Source: Squalus acanthias (Eukaryota). Taken from it: a DNA stretch of 64,000 nucleotides. Location: assembly GCA_030390025.1 (NCBI GenBank), contig CM059438.1:69318001-69382000 (forward strand), given 5' to 3'. Shown piece by piece: positions 1-13,390 of the stretch. The position numbers and the translations under genes were made by a program. The notes beneath the pieces are model-generated. The model did no database searches and had not been told where the DNA came from. It was given only the letters and a program-made list of their open reading frames with translations. Positions within the stretch are counted from its first letter, which is position 1; each line of letters begins with the position of its first letter.

Positions 1-76
1 GGGTCCCGATCCGCCGACGAAAAAAGAAATTCCCACCCAACCCGCCACCAAACTGAATCCTCGAAAAATTCCCCCC
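1..76. mobile_element. Right terminus of a PIF/Harbinger-type element running off the window edge
   Basis: Ends ...cctcgaaaaattcccccc|tat, closely matching the Harbinger terminus at 56860-56948. Confidence 0.65.
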
Positions 77-86
77 TATGTAATTC

Positions 87-660
87 ATGAGGAGGCTCAG
101 GTTCATCAGAGAGGCTATGATTGGCCCATGCCATCTGGCTCACTGTGACCTGCAGGGAGAGTTAACAATTTGTCAATCATTACCTGTGGATGTAAAAGTC
201 ACCACGCCCTCAATTTGTCTGCCCCCAACGGGTACCTCACAATTGAAGACGGTGGTGACTTTTACTCATGGAGAATGGCAGTGTATGTCTGAATGTTGGT
301 CCCTCCCATACTACTCAGATCACCTTCTAACATTCTGTATCCGGGGAATGTGAGTTCTTAATTCGGTACTGTTGCTCAAATAGTCTCCATTTCAAAGTAG
401 TCCAAAAGGACTATACCCCCATACAACTCAGGAAGGGATCTCAACATACTGCACCAGCTGATGCCTCATCAACCTCACCAGTGCCTCACTGTGTGCTCCC
501 TCCTCAGCATTGCTGTGATTTTTTCCTGTGGTATATGTATCTGGGATGGTGGTTGCAACAAGTGGGAATGGTGATAGTTGGTGCTCAGATGAGTGGTGGT
601 TTTCAGGTCAGCCCAAGTTCTCCTTGATCTGTAGTGATGGCAGATTGAGTACATAAGCAC
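87..660. pseudogene. Old degraded Harbinger remnant: transposase fragment (+) and Myb/SANT fragment (-)
   Basis: SLPVDVKVTT resembles LPVAAKVTTALNFF of the transposase at 13725; minus-strand QEKITAMLRRE resembles QEKIAHNKRE of Myb exon 2. Confidence 0.5.
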
Positions 661-1032
661 ACTTATCCATCTGAATACTCTATTGTCATTACATACACTA
701 TTATAAGTCATTTGTGTAAATTAGTGTGAATGTAATATCTGATGTAAATCACAGAATATATGATTAATATGGTATATAGCAGGAGCTATGTCTACCGCTC
801 AAATCTCCACAGTCCCATTTCCAGATTCTCCCTTCTGAATATATCAACCACGGGTTTGGTGAAAGGTACATGGACTGACTTTAAATTTTTTGTTGACAAG
901 AATGTACTCAATACTGAGGTGTCAGAACATACGAACATCCGAATTAGGAGCAGGAGTAGGCCACTTGGCCCTTCGAGCCTGCTCCGCCATTCAATAAGAT
1001 CATGGCTGATCCAATTAATTCCCCATTCCCGC

Positions 1033-3202
1033 TTACCCCCGATAACTTTTCACCCATCTGCTTACCAAGAATCTATCTACCTCTGCCTTAAAAATATTCA
1101 AAGACTCTGCTTCCACCGCCCTCTGAGGAAGAGAGTTCCAAAGACTCACGACCCTCTGTGAGAAAAAATTTCCCCTCCACTCTGTCTTAAATGGGCGACC
1201 CCTTATTTTTAAACAGTGACCCCTAGTTCTAGATTCTCCCACAAGAGGAAACATCCTCTCCACATCCACCCTGTCCAGATCCCTCAGGATCTTATATGTT
1301 TCAATCAAGTCACCTCTTACGCTTCTAAACTGCAGCGGATACAAGCCGAGCCTGTCCAACCTTTCCTCATAAGACAACCCGCCCATTCCAGGTTTTAATC
1401 TAGTAAACCTTCTCTGAACTGCTTCCAACGCATTTACATCCTTCCTTAAATAAGGAGACCAATACTGTACACAGTACTCCAGATGTGGTCTCACCAATGC
1501 GCTGTAAGTCTGAAGCATAACCTCCTTACTTTTGTATTCAATTCCCCTCGCAATAAACGCTAACATTCTATTAGCTTTCCTAATTACTTGCTGTACCTGC
1601 ATAGTAACCTTTTGTGATTCATGCACTAGGACACCCAGATCCCTCTGCATCTCAGAGCTCTGCAATCTCTCACCATTTAGATAATATGCTTCTTTTTATT
1701 CATCCTGCCAAAATGTACAACTTCACATTTTCCCACATTATACTCCATTTGCCAGATCTTTGCCCACTCACTTAACCTATCTATATCCCTTTGTAGCCTC
1801 CTTATGTCCTCCTCACAATTTACTTTCCTACCTATCTTTGTGTCATCAGCAAATTTAGCAACCATACCTTCAGTCCCTTCATCCAAGTCATTTATATAAA
1901 TAGTAAAAAGTTGAGGCCCCAGCACTGATCCCTGTGGCATACTACTCGTTACATCTTGCCAATCAGAAAATGACCCATTTATGCCTACTCTCTGTTTCCT
2001 GTTAGCGAGCCAATCTTCTATCCATGCCAATATGTTACCCCCTACACCATGAGCTTTTATTTTCCGCAATAACCTTTGATGTGGCACCTTATCAAATGCC
2101 TTCTGGAATTCTAAGTACAGTACATCCAGCGGTTCCACTTTATCCACAGCACATGTTACTTCCTCAAAGAACTCCAATAAATTGGTTAAACATGATTTCC
2201 CTTGCACAAAACCATGTTGACTCTGCCTGATTACTTTGAACTTTTCTAAATGCCCTGCTATAACATCTTTAATAATAGCTTCTAACATCTTCCCTATGAC
2301 AGATGTTAAGCTAACTGACCTGTAGTTTCCTGCTTTCTGTCTCTCTCCCTTTTTGAATAAAGGAGTTACAGTCACTATTTTTCAATCTAATGGAACCTTC
2401 CCCGAATCTAGGGAATTTTGGAAAATTAAAACCAACGCATCAACTATCTCACTAGCCACTTCTTTTAAGACCCTAGGATGAAGTCCATCAGGACCCAGGG
2501 ACTTGTCAGTCCGCAGCTCCAACAATTTCCTCAGTACCACTTCCCTGGTGATTATAATTTTCTTGAGTAAATGCCCATCTGATTTTTCCAGTCTACATGC
2601 AGATTAAAATCTCCCATGATTATTGCCGTACCCTTCTGACAAGCTCCCATTATTTCTTCCTTTATACTCCATCCTACCATGTGGTTACTGTTAGGGGGCC
2701 TGTACACCACTCCCACAAGTGACTTCTTACCTTTATTATTTCTCATCTCTACCCAAAACGCTTCTACATCCTGGTTTCCTGAACTTAGGTCATCCCTCTC
2801 TATTGTGCTAATACCATCATTAATTAACAGAGCCATCCCTCCACCTTTTCCCACCTTCCTGTCCTTCCTAAATGTCATGTACCCTTCAATATTCAGGTCC
2901 CAATCTATGTCATCCTGCAGCCATGTTTCTGTAATGGCTATCAGATCATATTTATTTATTTCTATTTGCACTGTCAGTTCATCTGTTTCGTTTCGAAGGC
3001 TACGAGCATTCAGATGCAGAGCCTTTAGTTTTGTCCTTTTATTATTTTTGTAACCTCTAGCCTTATCTGTTGATTTACTCTCAGATTTGTACTCTCTATC
3101 CCTTCCTGTCACGGTCTGTTTATCATTTCCCATATTAATACCTTTCTCTATTGCCTTGTCTCTAATCTTTGAATTACCACATCTTCCCAAATTTGATCCC
3201 AT
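1033..3202 (-). pseudogene. CR1 ORF2 (APE endonuclease + RT), deleted and frameshifted
   Basis: LNARSL, AITETWL, VYRPP, GDFN; QHGF, KAFDKV, PQGSVLGP, KFADD; endonuclease joins directly to the pre-RT region at ~2555-2575. Confidence 0.93.
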
Positions 3203-3212
3203 GCCCCAATAT

Positions 3213-4163
3213 TTAGTTTAAAGCCCTCTCTACTGCCCTAGTTATACGACTCGCCAGAACACTGGTCTCAGCATGGTTCAGGTGAAGACCATCCCAATGA
3301 TACAGATCCCACTTTCCCCAGTACTGGTGCCAGTGCCCCAGGAATTGAAACCCATTTCTCCCACACCAGTCTTTGAGCCGTGCATTCATCTCTCTAATTT
3401 TATTTACACTATGCCAAGTTGCTTGTGGCTCAGGTAATAATGCAGACATTATTACCCTTGAGGATCTGCTTTTTAATTTAGCCCCTAGCTGCTCATACTC
3501 TCTCAGCAGAACCTCTTTCCTAGTTCTACCTATGTCGTTGGTACCTACATGGACCACGACCACTGGCTCCTCCCCCTCCCACTGCAAGCTCCTTTCCAGC
3601 CCAGAGCAGATGTCCCGAACCCTGGCACCGGGCAGGCAACACAGCCGTCTGGACTCTCGCTCTTGGCCGCAGAGAACTGTATCTATCCCCCTGACTATGC
3701 TGTCCCCAGTTACCACGACATTCCTATTAACTCCCCCCGCTTGAATGGCTTCCTGTACCTCGATGCCATGGTCAGTTTGCTCATACACCCTGCAGCCACC
3801 ACTTTCATCCATACAGGCCGCAAGACCCTCAAACCTGTTGGACAATTGCAAAGGCTGAGGCTCCTCCACCTCCTGGGTCCCCATACCTGCCTCACTCGCA
3901 GTCACATCCTCCTGTCCCTGACCACTGACCAAATCAGAAGACCCTATCCTAAGGGGTGTGACTGCCTCCTGGAATAAAGTGTCCAGGTAACTTTCCCCCT
4001 CCCTGATGCATCACAGTGTCCACAGCTCGGCCTCCAGCTCATCAACTCTGAGCCAAAGCTCCTCAAGCCGCAGACACTTACCGCAGACGTGTTCATCCTG
4101 GATCACACTGGCATCCAGGAGCTCCCACATACTGCAGTCGCAACACATCACCTGCCCTGCCAT
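3213..4163 (-). pseudogene. CR1 ORF1 (N-terminal Cys motif/leucine zipper plus SGNH esterase), one in-frame stop
   Basis: MAGQVMCCDCSMW...VCGKC; GDSIVRG, HVGTND and DGLHL esterase blocks. Confidence 0.88.
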
Positions 4164-4933
4164 CTTTATTGAGTCTTAATTTATTTATTTTTATTAATTA
4201 AAACCCTACTACACCTAATAAGATTTATTACTGCTAGTAAACTAGTACTAATGAAACCTTACAATTACTAATAAATTTCCTGGGCTTTAAAATATAAGGG
4301 AAGTGAGCAAAATACTCACCAACCAATCACTTATCCTTTTCCCTGTGATGTCACCTTTTATTTTTCTCCAAATGCGGTTGGGGGGTGTCACAGAGCCGAG
4401 CTCCCACTGGTTCTCTGTCCCCTCTTGTGCAGCTTTTTAACTCCTGCTCTCCTGGAAGCTGACAAAGATAGAAAAAGAAAGGACTACCTCCCTCCCCGAA
4501 CTCCCTCACTCACCAAACTTGCAGCTTTACACTCTGTTCCGAGCTGCATTCCGACATATTCGTGTTAATCAACCGCCTGTAATCCTGAAGTCTGTCCTAC
4601 CCTGACCCCTACCTGACTGTTGATGCAGCTCCTGTTGCTGTTCCCATAAAACAGAAATAATTGCACCCTCCCAAAGGATGTAGCCACGGTGAATCATTTC
4701 CACCTTTACTCGGGTAGCAACAGCAACAGCTGCGGCACTTGGGTAGGGGCAGGGTGGGTCTGACTTTGGAAACTATGGTGATACTTGAGCAACAGGACAG
4801 AGGTGGAGAACCTAGGAGCATCATGGGGGTTGTACATAGTGACAACATGGACTTGGAGGAGCGAAGCAAAAGGGGGCATGTTTCATTCATTTTGGTGGCT
4901 GCACCTTCATTTTGAAGTACCTGGTTCTGGTCT

Positions 4934-5320
4934 CATAGAAACATAGAAACATAGAAGATAGGAGCAGGAGTAGGCCATTCGGCCCCTCTAGCCTGCTCCA
5001 CCATTCAATGCGATCATGGCTGATCATCCAAATTCAGAACCCTGTCCCTCCTTTCTCCCCATATCCCTTGATCTCTTTAGCCTTAAGAAATATATCCAAC
5101 TCCTTCTTGAATATATTTAATGAATTGGCCTCTACTGCCTTCTGTGGTAGAGAATTCCACAGGTTCACCACTCTCTGGGTGAAGAAATTCCTCCTCATTT
5201 CTGTCCTAAATGGCTTACCCCTTATCCTTAGACTGTGACCCCTGGTTCTGGACTCCCCGACCATCGGGAACATCCTTCCTGCATCTAGTCTGTCCAGTCC
5301 TTTCAGAATTTTATAAGTTT
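4934..5320 (-). mobile_element. CR1 3' fragment
   Basis: IETYKILKGLDR...FFTQRVVNLWNSLP; (catagaaa)n tail. Confidence 0.9.
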
Positions 5321-7397
5321 CAATTGGTGGTGTATCTGTGCACACTTTGTATTCCATGATGACCCCCCTAATACATTAGATTGTGTTCTGCATCCCTGGT
5401 AGGCAGCAATATTGCAGCAGTTAACTTTTTTCAGTATATTTTTTCTGCAGCTCAGGATCCCAAACTGCACTTATTACACACCCTCCTATTATGTGGAAGT
5501 TTAACCTTTCAACACAACAGCAGTGGGGATTCAGACTAGGTTCCTGAAAATGCGAGGGGCCTTTTATCCTTGCGTGAGTACCAGGATTGCCCGCGAAGAC
5601 CTCTGCTGCTGACCCCATTGGAGTATCTAGGTCCAGGGGGCGGGTTCCTGATTCACTGGTGAGTGCCTGTGCCACTATCGGTGCCTCACAAAGTGGGGAC
5701 GGGAGGGGATGGGGTGGGGGTTGGTGGGTGGAGCAGGAGATGTGGCAGCGGCTAGCTACTCATGGAGTCTATGGCAACCTGCCCTGTAAAGGTGTTTTTG
5801 GAAGGGCCTTCTAACGTAGGGGACCATGTTTGGGGTGGATGGAAGTTCCATCCCAAACATATCCATCAGGAAACTTACAACAGAGACTGGGACCTGGTGT
5901 ATCTGCAAATGTGCTGGAAGGCCCATAAATTTTCAGAATCAGGGTGATGCAACTCATGAAAATTCCCACCCATCATGCATTTTCCTAGCCACCATGGCAA
6001 CAATGTAATTTGCATAATCTAACCTATGTAATTTGCATAATCTAATCGAACCTACATCAGTTCTTATTCTAACCTATTACATTGTTGCTGATATGTCTCT
6101 GTGTCAGTACATCGGTGTTGCATATATTTGAGCAATTATTGCTTTCAATAGTGTTTTGTGTTTCATGTGGTGATATTTTATGACAATATTTATGCCTTGC
6201 CTTTGTACTCATCAAGTTATACAACTTCATTCCAACTGCCAGCCTGGTTACCTGAGCAGTTGACACCATTTTCATTATTTGACCAAACTTGACATATCTG
6301 AAAGCTGCCTTTCCCATCAGAAAACCTCCTCCTTGTGTTTTTCCATAAAAGAGGTTGCCAATATGTGCATAGTTGCTCAGTAAACCGTGTTTGTTTGAGC
6401 ATGGTGAGCAACCCATTTTGCTCAAAGACTGCATTCCACAGCTGGAGAAATGAACTTTTTCTTTGACATTTAAGTGGCTTGTCAACCATTTCAGGTTTAT
6501 TAAAGGACCCATGTTGCTAATACATCATGATTGGCTACTTTTTGAAATCACATTCTCACATTTCTGTGATCTCATTCGGGGGGGGGAGAAAATTCTGCCA
6601 AGAAAAACATTTTCATTCCAGGAGGAAAGCTTAGCCCATTGTTGTTCCAACAATATCTTAAACTATGAACACCGCGCTCGAGCATTTTATGAGTTTCAAA
6701 GGAATCTAATTGTTACTTTGTATTCGTCAAATTTCTTTGCGATTTGGGTGGTGCAACTGATGCATCATTGCACTTCACAGCATAACCCTGAAATACATTT
6801 AACTGTGTTAGACTCACTGTCAGACATTTGTAATCTTTGTCATACTGTCAGTTGGGCTTCATTATAAGCTCTGTTTTTTGCTTGATGCAGAAGGCACAAG
6901 GAGTTTGGTGGCGGTGGTGATGAGACAATGATGAGTGATAAATCGGATCCTGATGGAGTTTCAGCTACATGGTACCATGTGATTGGAATGGCATTAATAA
7001 AGGGTAATGATAATCATTTAAAAAACCTTAATTTTGAATAGAATACAGGGAATTTTAGTCAAAGTTTTAACTATTGCTATTAAGAGTAATTTCTTGATGC
7101 AACAAATCGTTAACAAGGTTTCAGTGGGACACCCTGTGCAGAATACTTTACGATACTTCACTTGACTATTTAAATGTTGATGACAGCCATTAGATGCACA
7201 CACCTTCTAGTCTCTAAACCAGAGGATGATATCTTAGATCCCAAATTGTTAAAGGTAATAGATGTCGAACTCTGAAACAAAATGATCTTTTTAAGCTCTA
7301 TCATAATTTTTCACCTAACTAGTCTAGAAATTGCTTATGCCTGGTTTCTGGCTTGCCATTCTGGCTGGTTAGAGCCCCACTATACTAGGGTGACAAT

Positions 7398-8154
7398 GGC
7401 CCGTATTTTCTGATTGCAGGCCTCCCGCGGGCGGAAGCCTGCGATCTGGAAAAATCTACGCCCTTACCTGAGGGCTCCCGGGACGCGCACGCTTCCGATG
7501 CTGGGCCTCTCCAAACTTGAAGTGCGCAGGGCCCACGTATCCCAGGGGCGCATGTAGTTCGCAGCGTTCCTGGGATCACGTGGGCCATGGGGAGCCAATC
7601 ACAGAAGGGAATCTCCCTTCATATACTTGACAGGAAGACCTGTCAAATATATGAATGGAGATCACCCCAAAAACACAGTAAAACTTTAAATACATTTTAA
7701 AAAGAAAATCACATTTTAAAATGACTTGAAATTACAATAAATTAAGTATTTTAAACAAAAATGTAATTTTTTGAAAAAAATAATTAAAGTTTTTTACGGG
7801 GCTAAAAATAAACTTACCTTTTTTAAAGTATTTTTAAATGATAAATCAGTGAAAACATTTTTTTTTAACTTTTTTGAACTCTTATCCTGGTAAAAGCAGG
7901 CCTTACACCTGCTTTTACCAGGCGTAAGAATTGTAAGGGTTTTCTGCGGGCGGAGGGTCTCCAAAAAGCGGAACTATCCGCCCGCAGAGGCCCTTCTCCC
8001 GGGCAGCCGGAGGAGCTGTCAAGAGCTTTCTTGACAGATCGGAAATGCCGGTTTCCAGCGCATGCGCTGTGCATGCCTGAAACCGGCATTTCCGATGTCC
8101 CTATGGGTGTGTACACAGCGCGTATCGACCCGTAGGGATCGGAATATCTGGGCC
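7398..8154. mobile_element. Harbinger-type MITE related to the 19911 and 22615 copies
   Basis: Imperfect TIR ggcccgtattttctgat / atcggaatatctgggcc; shared internal blocks (gggatcacgtgggccatgg, aaaaataaacttacctt). Confidence 0.75.
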
Positions 8155-8256
8155 TATATTTTCAAAACCAAATACGGGCACACAAAGGGTAGCAGTACAG
8201 CAAGGCAGGACCCAGAATGTAGGTTGCGCGTACCAAGACAACATTTTTTAGCAGCG

Positions 8257-8316
<60 letters not shown>

Positions 8317-8419
8317 GCGGATGTGACGTTGCACTATTGAAGCGCATTCAGACACCGTTTATAAATAATACAATAACACTGTTCAGGAACATCAGTTTTT
8401 CATACCCGCTGTCTATGCG

Positions 8420-8452
<33 letters not shown>

Positions 8453-8809
8453 ACCAAGTCATTTATTTTTCACACTTTTATTACTGATTGCTGTGCTATC
8501 TCCGCGTTTCAAGAAAACCAACATGAAAATGTTGTTGCTTCTGCTAGTGGAATACGGTAGAGATTAACCTCCGTCAACCATCACTCAGTCAACGATAATG
8601 TGAATACGTGGAACAGGTGCTCTGCTGTACGCTAGTTCCAGGATATGAAAGATTACACGGGAGGGTCTCTGACAGTTTACCCATGTTCCTATCTTTAGTT
8701 TGCACATTGATGAGTACAACCAAGCAGCATCCACCTGTTAGTTCCAAGCTTTCTGTATACTGGTTGGCACCGAGCTCTGCCTCGCCACTGCCTCTCTCAA
8801 CACTTCCAC

Positions 8810-9075
8810 TGCCTTTGTGTTGTCAGATTGCTCATCTGACATCCAATTCTGGATGAGCCAAAAATTCCATTAGTTAAACATGAGGAACACCTAAGCCATT
8901 GTTTTCAGCCTCACCTCAAACTCCGTTCCCTGGCCACTATCTCAGGTTGAACCAAATGATTTGCCACCGCAGCGTCCCTGAACTGAGCTTCCAACTCCAT
9001 AATCCTCTCCATCACAAAGACCGCCCGCTTCCACCTCCGGAACATTGCCCATCTCTGCTCCTGCTGCAGCCCACC
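8810..9075 (+). mobile_element. Degraded L2 LINE RT fragment
   Basis: Resembles the L2 ORF2 region (I..WMS.N.L.LN..KT) and the fragment at 58215-58380. Confidence 0.5.
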
Positions 9076-9913
9076 TTCCCTCCTAAAGCTGAGTTTTTTT
9101 TTTTAAAAGCGCTTTCAGAATTTTCTTCAGTGTATATATTATGGAAATTCCAATGTTTTCACCAACAACACGTAGAAGGAGCTCACAGACTTATTTGTCA
9201 TGAAGATTAAGACCGTCTGTTCATCTGCCTCTGCCACCCCCCCCAATTCCCTTGTCCACCAAGCCAAACCTCTCCCAAGGCTCAACCGTAACCCTCGCCC
9301 TGAACCCATGTCTTTCTCTTGTTTCTCCCTTACCTCCTGCTCTTTCTATGTGAATGAGACCCACTTCCTGGCTCGCTTGAACCCATTTCCACTAAACTGT
9401 TGGCCATTAATGGACCGCTCGTGTTTATTTCAGTATCACTGCACACAAGTTAAAAACAAAGGCGAAATGGCCTAAAAAGAGAATCTGTGGGTGGTAAAGA
9501 TTGATTAGATAAGATTAAAGAACTACATATGCTAGAAATTTGAAACAAAAACAAACAGCTCAATCAGCATTTATGAAAATCAATAAAATTTTTGCGACCA
9601 GAGTTCTTTAGAACTAGGGGTAGAATAAAGCACCTCAATTAGTAAGAACACAAGATATCCCCGTACTTAAAAGATACTGGTGAAATAAACTTACTTTCTT
9701 AGATTTGGCGCGCTGTCTTTGCACTATTCTTACTCTGCTCTTTCACAAATACACCACCCACTCGGCCTTCATCTTTCACCGGATAAACCCGCCTCTGCCT
9801 GCACTTCATTTGTCTAATTTATTTATGATGCGGAGATGCCGGTGTTGGACTGGGGTGGACAAAATTGAGAGGTCGCACAACACCAGGTTATAGTCCAACA
9901 GTTTTATTTGAAA

Positions 9914-9955
9914 TCACAAGCTTTCGGAGCTATCGATTGCCCCTTCCTCAGGTGA
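9914..9955 (-). ncRNA. Minimal type I hammerhead ribozyme motif
   Basis: UCAC-CUGAGGA-a-GGGGC..GCUCC-GAAA-GCU-U-GUGA. Confidence 0.8.
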
Positions 9956-10007
9956 AGGAAAGGGCTAATTTATTTATATGCTTTGGCGATTCTGTATCTA
10001 ATTTACT

Positions 10008-10050
10008 TCACCTGAGGAAGGAGCAAATCGATAGCTCCGAAAGCTTGTGA
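10008..10050 (+). ncRNA. Minimal type I hammerhead ribozyme motif
   Basis: UCAC-CUGAGGA-a-GGAGC..GCUCC-GAAA-GCU-U-GUGA. Confidence 0.8.
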
Positions 10051-10384
10051 TTTCAAATAAAACTGTTGGACTATAACCTGGTGTTGTGCGACCTCCTAAT
10101 TTATTTATGTCATAGATGCAGCTCACTTTCCCCCTGCTTTGATTGGTCAGTTCCGTCATCAATCGTCAGTCACCCCAGTTTGACGGTATGGTGGGTGGTG
10201 CCTCCAGCACATCACGACCAAGGTTGTTGAAATATCAGCCGCACCTGCGATAACTAATTAAAATGTGCTGTTTTTGAATGTAACTAATGGGAGTGAAATT
10301 TTTAATTTTTTTCCCAAAATCTGTAGACCAGATTTCTTGTTTATTACCTGAAACTATTTTACGTTTAATCACTGAACATTTTAT

Positions 10385-10495
10385 TTGGGGATGAGTTTCC
10401 TGAACTGGGAACTCTTCTGGGGACTTTGTTTGCCCGGGGACACAGTACCTAATCCGGGGACTGTCCCCGGAAAACGGGGACGTATGGTCACGCTG
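10385..10495 (-). mobile_element. Single end of a hAT-type element (same family as 54768-57402)
   Basis: Reverse complement of 54768-54875, including ggggacgtatggtcacgctg. Confidence 0.75.
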
Positions 10496-11094
10496 CACTA
10501 TACTCCACATTTGTGGTTGCAATTTTCCTCATGCTGACTCCAAAACGGCAGAATATTATTTCTGCCGCTGTTTGGATTCCCCCTCCCCCATCTGTATATA
10601 GGAAGATAGGCATTGTTAGAGGAAAAAAGACCTAGGTCCATCTAGTTTGCCTTCGACCATCCTGGTAGTCACATGATACAACAATAATGGTTGTTGACTA
10701 TTCATGGCAATCAATCTCTAGCAATCAGTCTACATCAGACCCAGACATGACGCAAGGAAAACTCACCCTTGGTAGAAAGCTTTGGGAACCATAGATGGAA
10801 AGTCACATGTTCCTCCCAAACATGCTACACTTAGCCGATGTCGTGTCTCAAATTACTCATATGCTGTATTCTAAAATGTTATTTTCTGGAAGAAGTCTAT
10901 CTAATATGCATTTAAATGAATCAAAACATTCTGCTTCCACTATCTCCCCGGGGAGCATGTTTTGTAAATTTACCACTTACTCACTTAAATAATGTTATCA
11001 TGGATTAGTTTAGAATTTACTCCCCCGCCCCCACACTCTCTCCCCTTCAAGTGCAAATCATGTACTCTGGTTACCAAAATACTAACATTATCAA

Positions 11095-11590
11095 AATAAC
11101 TGGAGAGGGTGCAGAGGAGATTTGCTAGAATGGTACCAGGGATGAGGGACTTCAGTTATGTGGAGAGACGAGTGAAGCTGGGATTGTTCTCCTTAGAGCA
11201 GAGAAAGTTAAGGGGGGATTTAATTGAGGTGTTCAAAATTATGATGGGGTTTGATAGAGTAAATAAGGAGAAACTGTTTCCACTGGCAGGCGGGTCGGTA
11301 ACCAGAGTACACAGATTTAAGATAATTGGCAAAAGATCCAGAGGGGAGATAAGGTGAATTTTTCTTTTTATACAGCGAGTTATTATGATCTGGAATGCAC
11401 TGCCTGAAAGAGTGGTAGAAGCAGAATCAAGAATAACTTTCGAAAGGGAATTGGATATGTACTTGAAAAGTAAAATTTTGCAGGGCTTTGGGGAAAGAGC
11501 AGGGGAGTGGGGCTAATTGGATATGTCTTTCAAAGAACCAGCAGAGGCACAATGGCAGAATGGCCTACTTCTAAGCTGCATGATTCCAGG
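11095..11590 (+). mobile_element. CR1 3' fragment
   Basis: QRRFARMVPGM...LGLFSLEQRKLRGDLIEVFKI followed by 3' UTR. Confidence 0.9.
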
Positions 11591-12037
11591 TATAGTGGAA
11601 AAACGAGCAACTTACAACATGCAACACCATGTTGATGCAAATACAAAATATAACTTTATCCTCATCTGCCCCAGTATTTTAATTTGAGCATGATTTGTCT
11701 GCTTCTCTCTGGAACTCCTTTGCTAAACCTTTCCACCTTGCTCCTTCTCTCTCTGCCTTGAAATAACTATTTTCAAGCTTGCTTTTGGTCATCACTATCT
11801 CCTTCATTAAAGCTGTGTTCATTTGTTCTCTGTGCAATGCCTTAAAATATTTTCCATATTAAAGGCACCTTCTAAGTACAAGCTATTGGTGTACTTTGAA
11901 TTACTTCAGTTTTAGAAGAGGACTGTATCTTGCATACGAGATAATATTATAATTGTTGGGTAAAAGCTGATCCACCCCTTCATCCTACACATTTCAAGAA
12001 CAATGCTTAGTTATCATAAAGATGATGGTAGACTTAT

Positions 12038-12236
12038 AGGGTGTGATTCCATGAGTAGATGCTGTGGGCATGGATTGTAACTGTAGTGAGTGGAAGATGG
12101 GAAATGGGAAGCCCGTAGCCCATGATTTCCTATCCAACAGATTGAAGATCAAGAGCTACGGGCCCATCATTTCCCTATCTACATTCTCTGGGAACACTAG
12201 TCCACACTGGCAGCACTTGATTGCGGAATCAATCCT
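12038..12236. mobile_element. Short degraded palindromic MITE
   Basis: agggtgtgattcc...ggaatcaatcct ends; internal inverted pair gggaaatgggaagcccgtagc / gctacgggcccatcatttccc. Confidence 0.5.
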
Positions 12237-13390
12237 ATGATTTTTCAATCGACTTTAAGAACATAGAATGATACAGCGCAGACGAGGCCATTCAGCCCAT
12301 CCACTATTCAAGAAAGGAGGGAGAGAGAAAACTGGGAACTACAAGCCAGTTAGCCTGACATCAGTCATCGGGAAAATGGTGGAATCCATCATTGAGGAAG
12401 TAGTAACAAGGCACTTAGGAAATCATTATAGCATTAGGCAGAGTCAACGTGGTTTTATGAACGGGAAATCGTGTTTGACAAATCTATTAGAGTTTTTTGA
12501 GGATGTAACCAGCAGGGTAGATAATGGGAACCAGTGGATGTAGTATATTTGGATTTTCAAAAGGCATTCGCTAAGGTGCCACACAAAAGGTTGTTGCACA
12601 AGGTAAGGGCTCATGGGTTTGGGGGTAATGTATTAGCATGGATAGGGGATTGGTTGAAGGACAGAAAACAGAGAGTAGGACTAAACAAGTCAATTTTCAG
12701 GTTGGCAGGCTGTTACTGGTGGGGTGCCGCAAGGATCAGTGCTGGGGCCTCAACTATTTACAATCTATATTAATGACTTACATGAAGGGACCAAGTGTAA
12801 TGCTGATGGTACAAAGCGAGGTGGGAAAGTAAGCTGTGAGGAGGACACAAAGGCCGTGAATTTAATTGACCTCAGAGGGGGTGTTTGGAGGCGGGTCTGT
12901 TGCGAAAATCGTAAAAAGTGGGGGAGGGCTGCGAACTCACCTTCATGCCGCCGTCACGCGACTTTGACAAGTGTCGTGTCAACCACTCCCGAACTGACCC
13001 GACAGCAAACGGCGGGAGAGGCACTTAAGGCAGTTAACAACTTGTTAACTGCCTGGATAATCCTATTTTAAAGGCTTGATCTGATTTTGGAGGTTTTTCA
13101 ACATGCTGCCCACCTTCATAAAAACACGTCTGGTGAATCGAGCCGGGTTGAGCGAGGACCTGAATTGTTGCCAACTGCTCGAGTAGCTTAAAAGCGGTCC
13201 TGCAATCTCTCATTCTTTCACATGCCACAACTTAGTGCTTTGAGGTTTGGGAGGTATTTTGCAGCTCTACTAATCTTGTGAGTATTGAGGCTGAAATCCA
13301 TCTGCTGTGTGACCTCCTTGGAATATCCTCTGGCCACTTTGTCTGAGTGCACACAACCTTCATTCCTCGACTGAGATATATACCAGCGGT

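Larger units (their letters stand above)
924..4550 (-). mobile_element. CR1 LINE, near full length with an internal deletion in ORF2
   Basis: ORF1, endonuclease and RT segments in order; 3' UTR and short-repeat tail near 924-960; 5' boundary approximate. Confidence 0.93.
9828..10095. mobile_element. Penelope-derived fold-back mini-element (inverted pLTR arms plus tail)
   Basis: Arms ~9868-9957 and ~10006-10095 are reverse complements and match the 3' end of the Penelope at 61340; TSD ctaatttatttatg at 9814-9827 and 10096-10109. Confidence 0.9.

Noticed and set aside
6003..6045. 20-bp tandem duplication atgtaatttgcataatctaa containing the octamer ATTTGCAT
   Set aside because: Simple local duplication; a regulatory role cannot be supported from sequence alone
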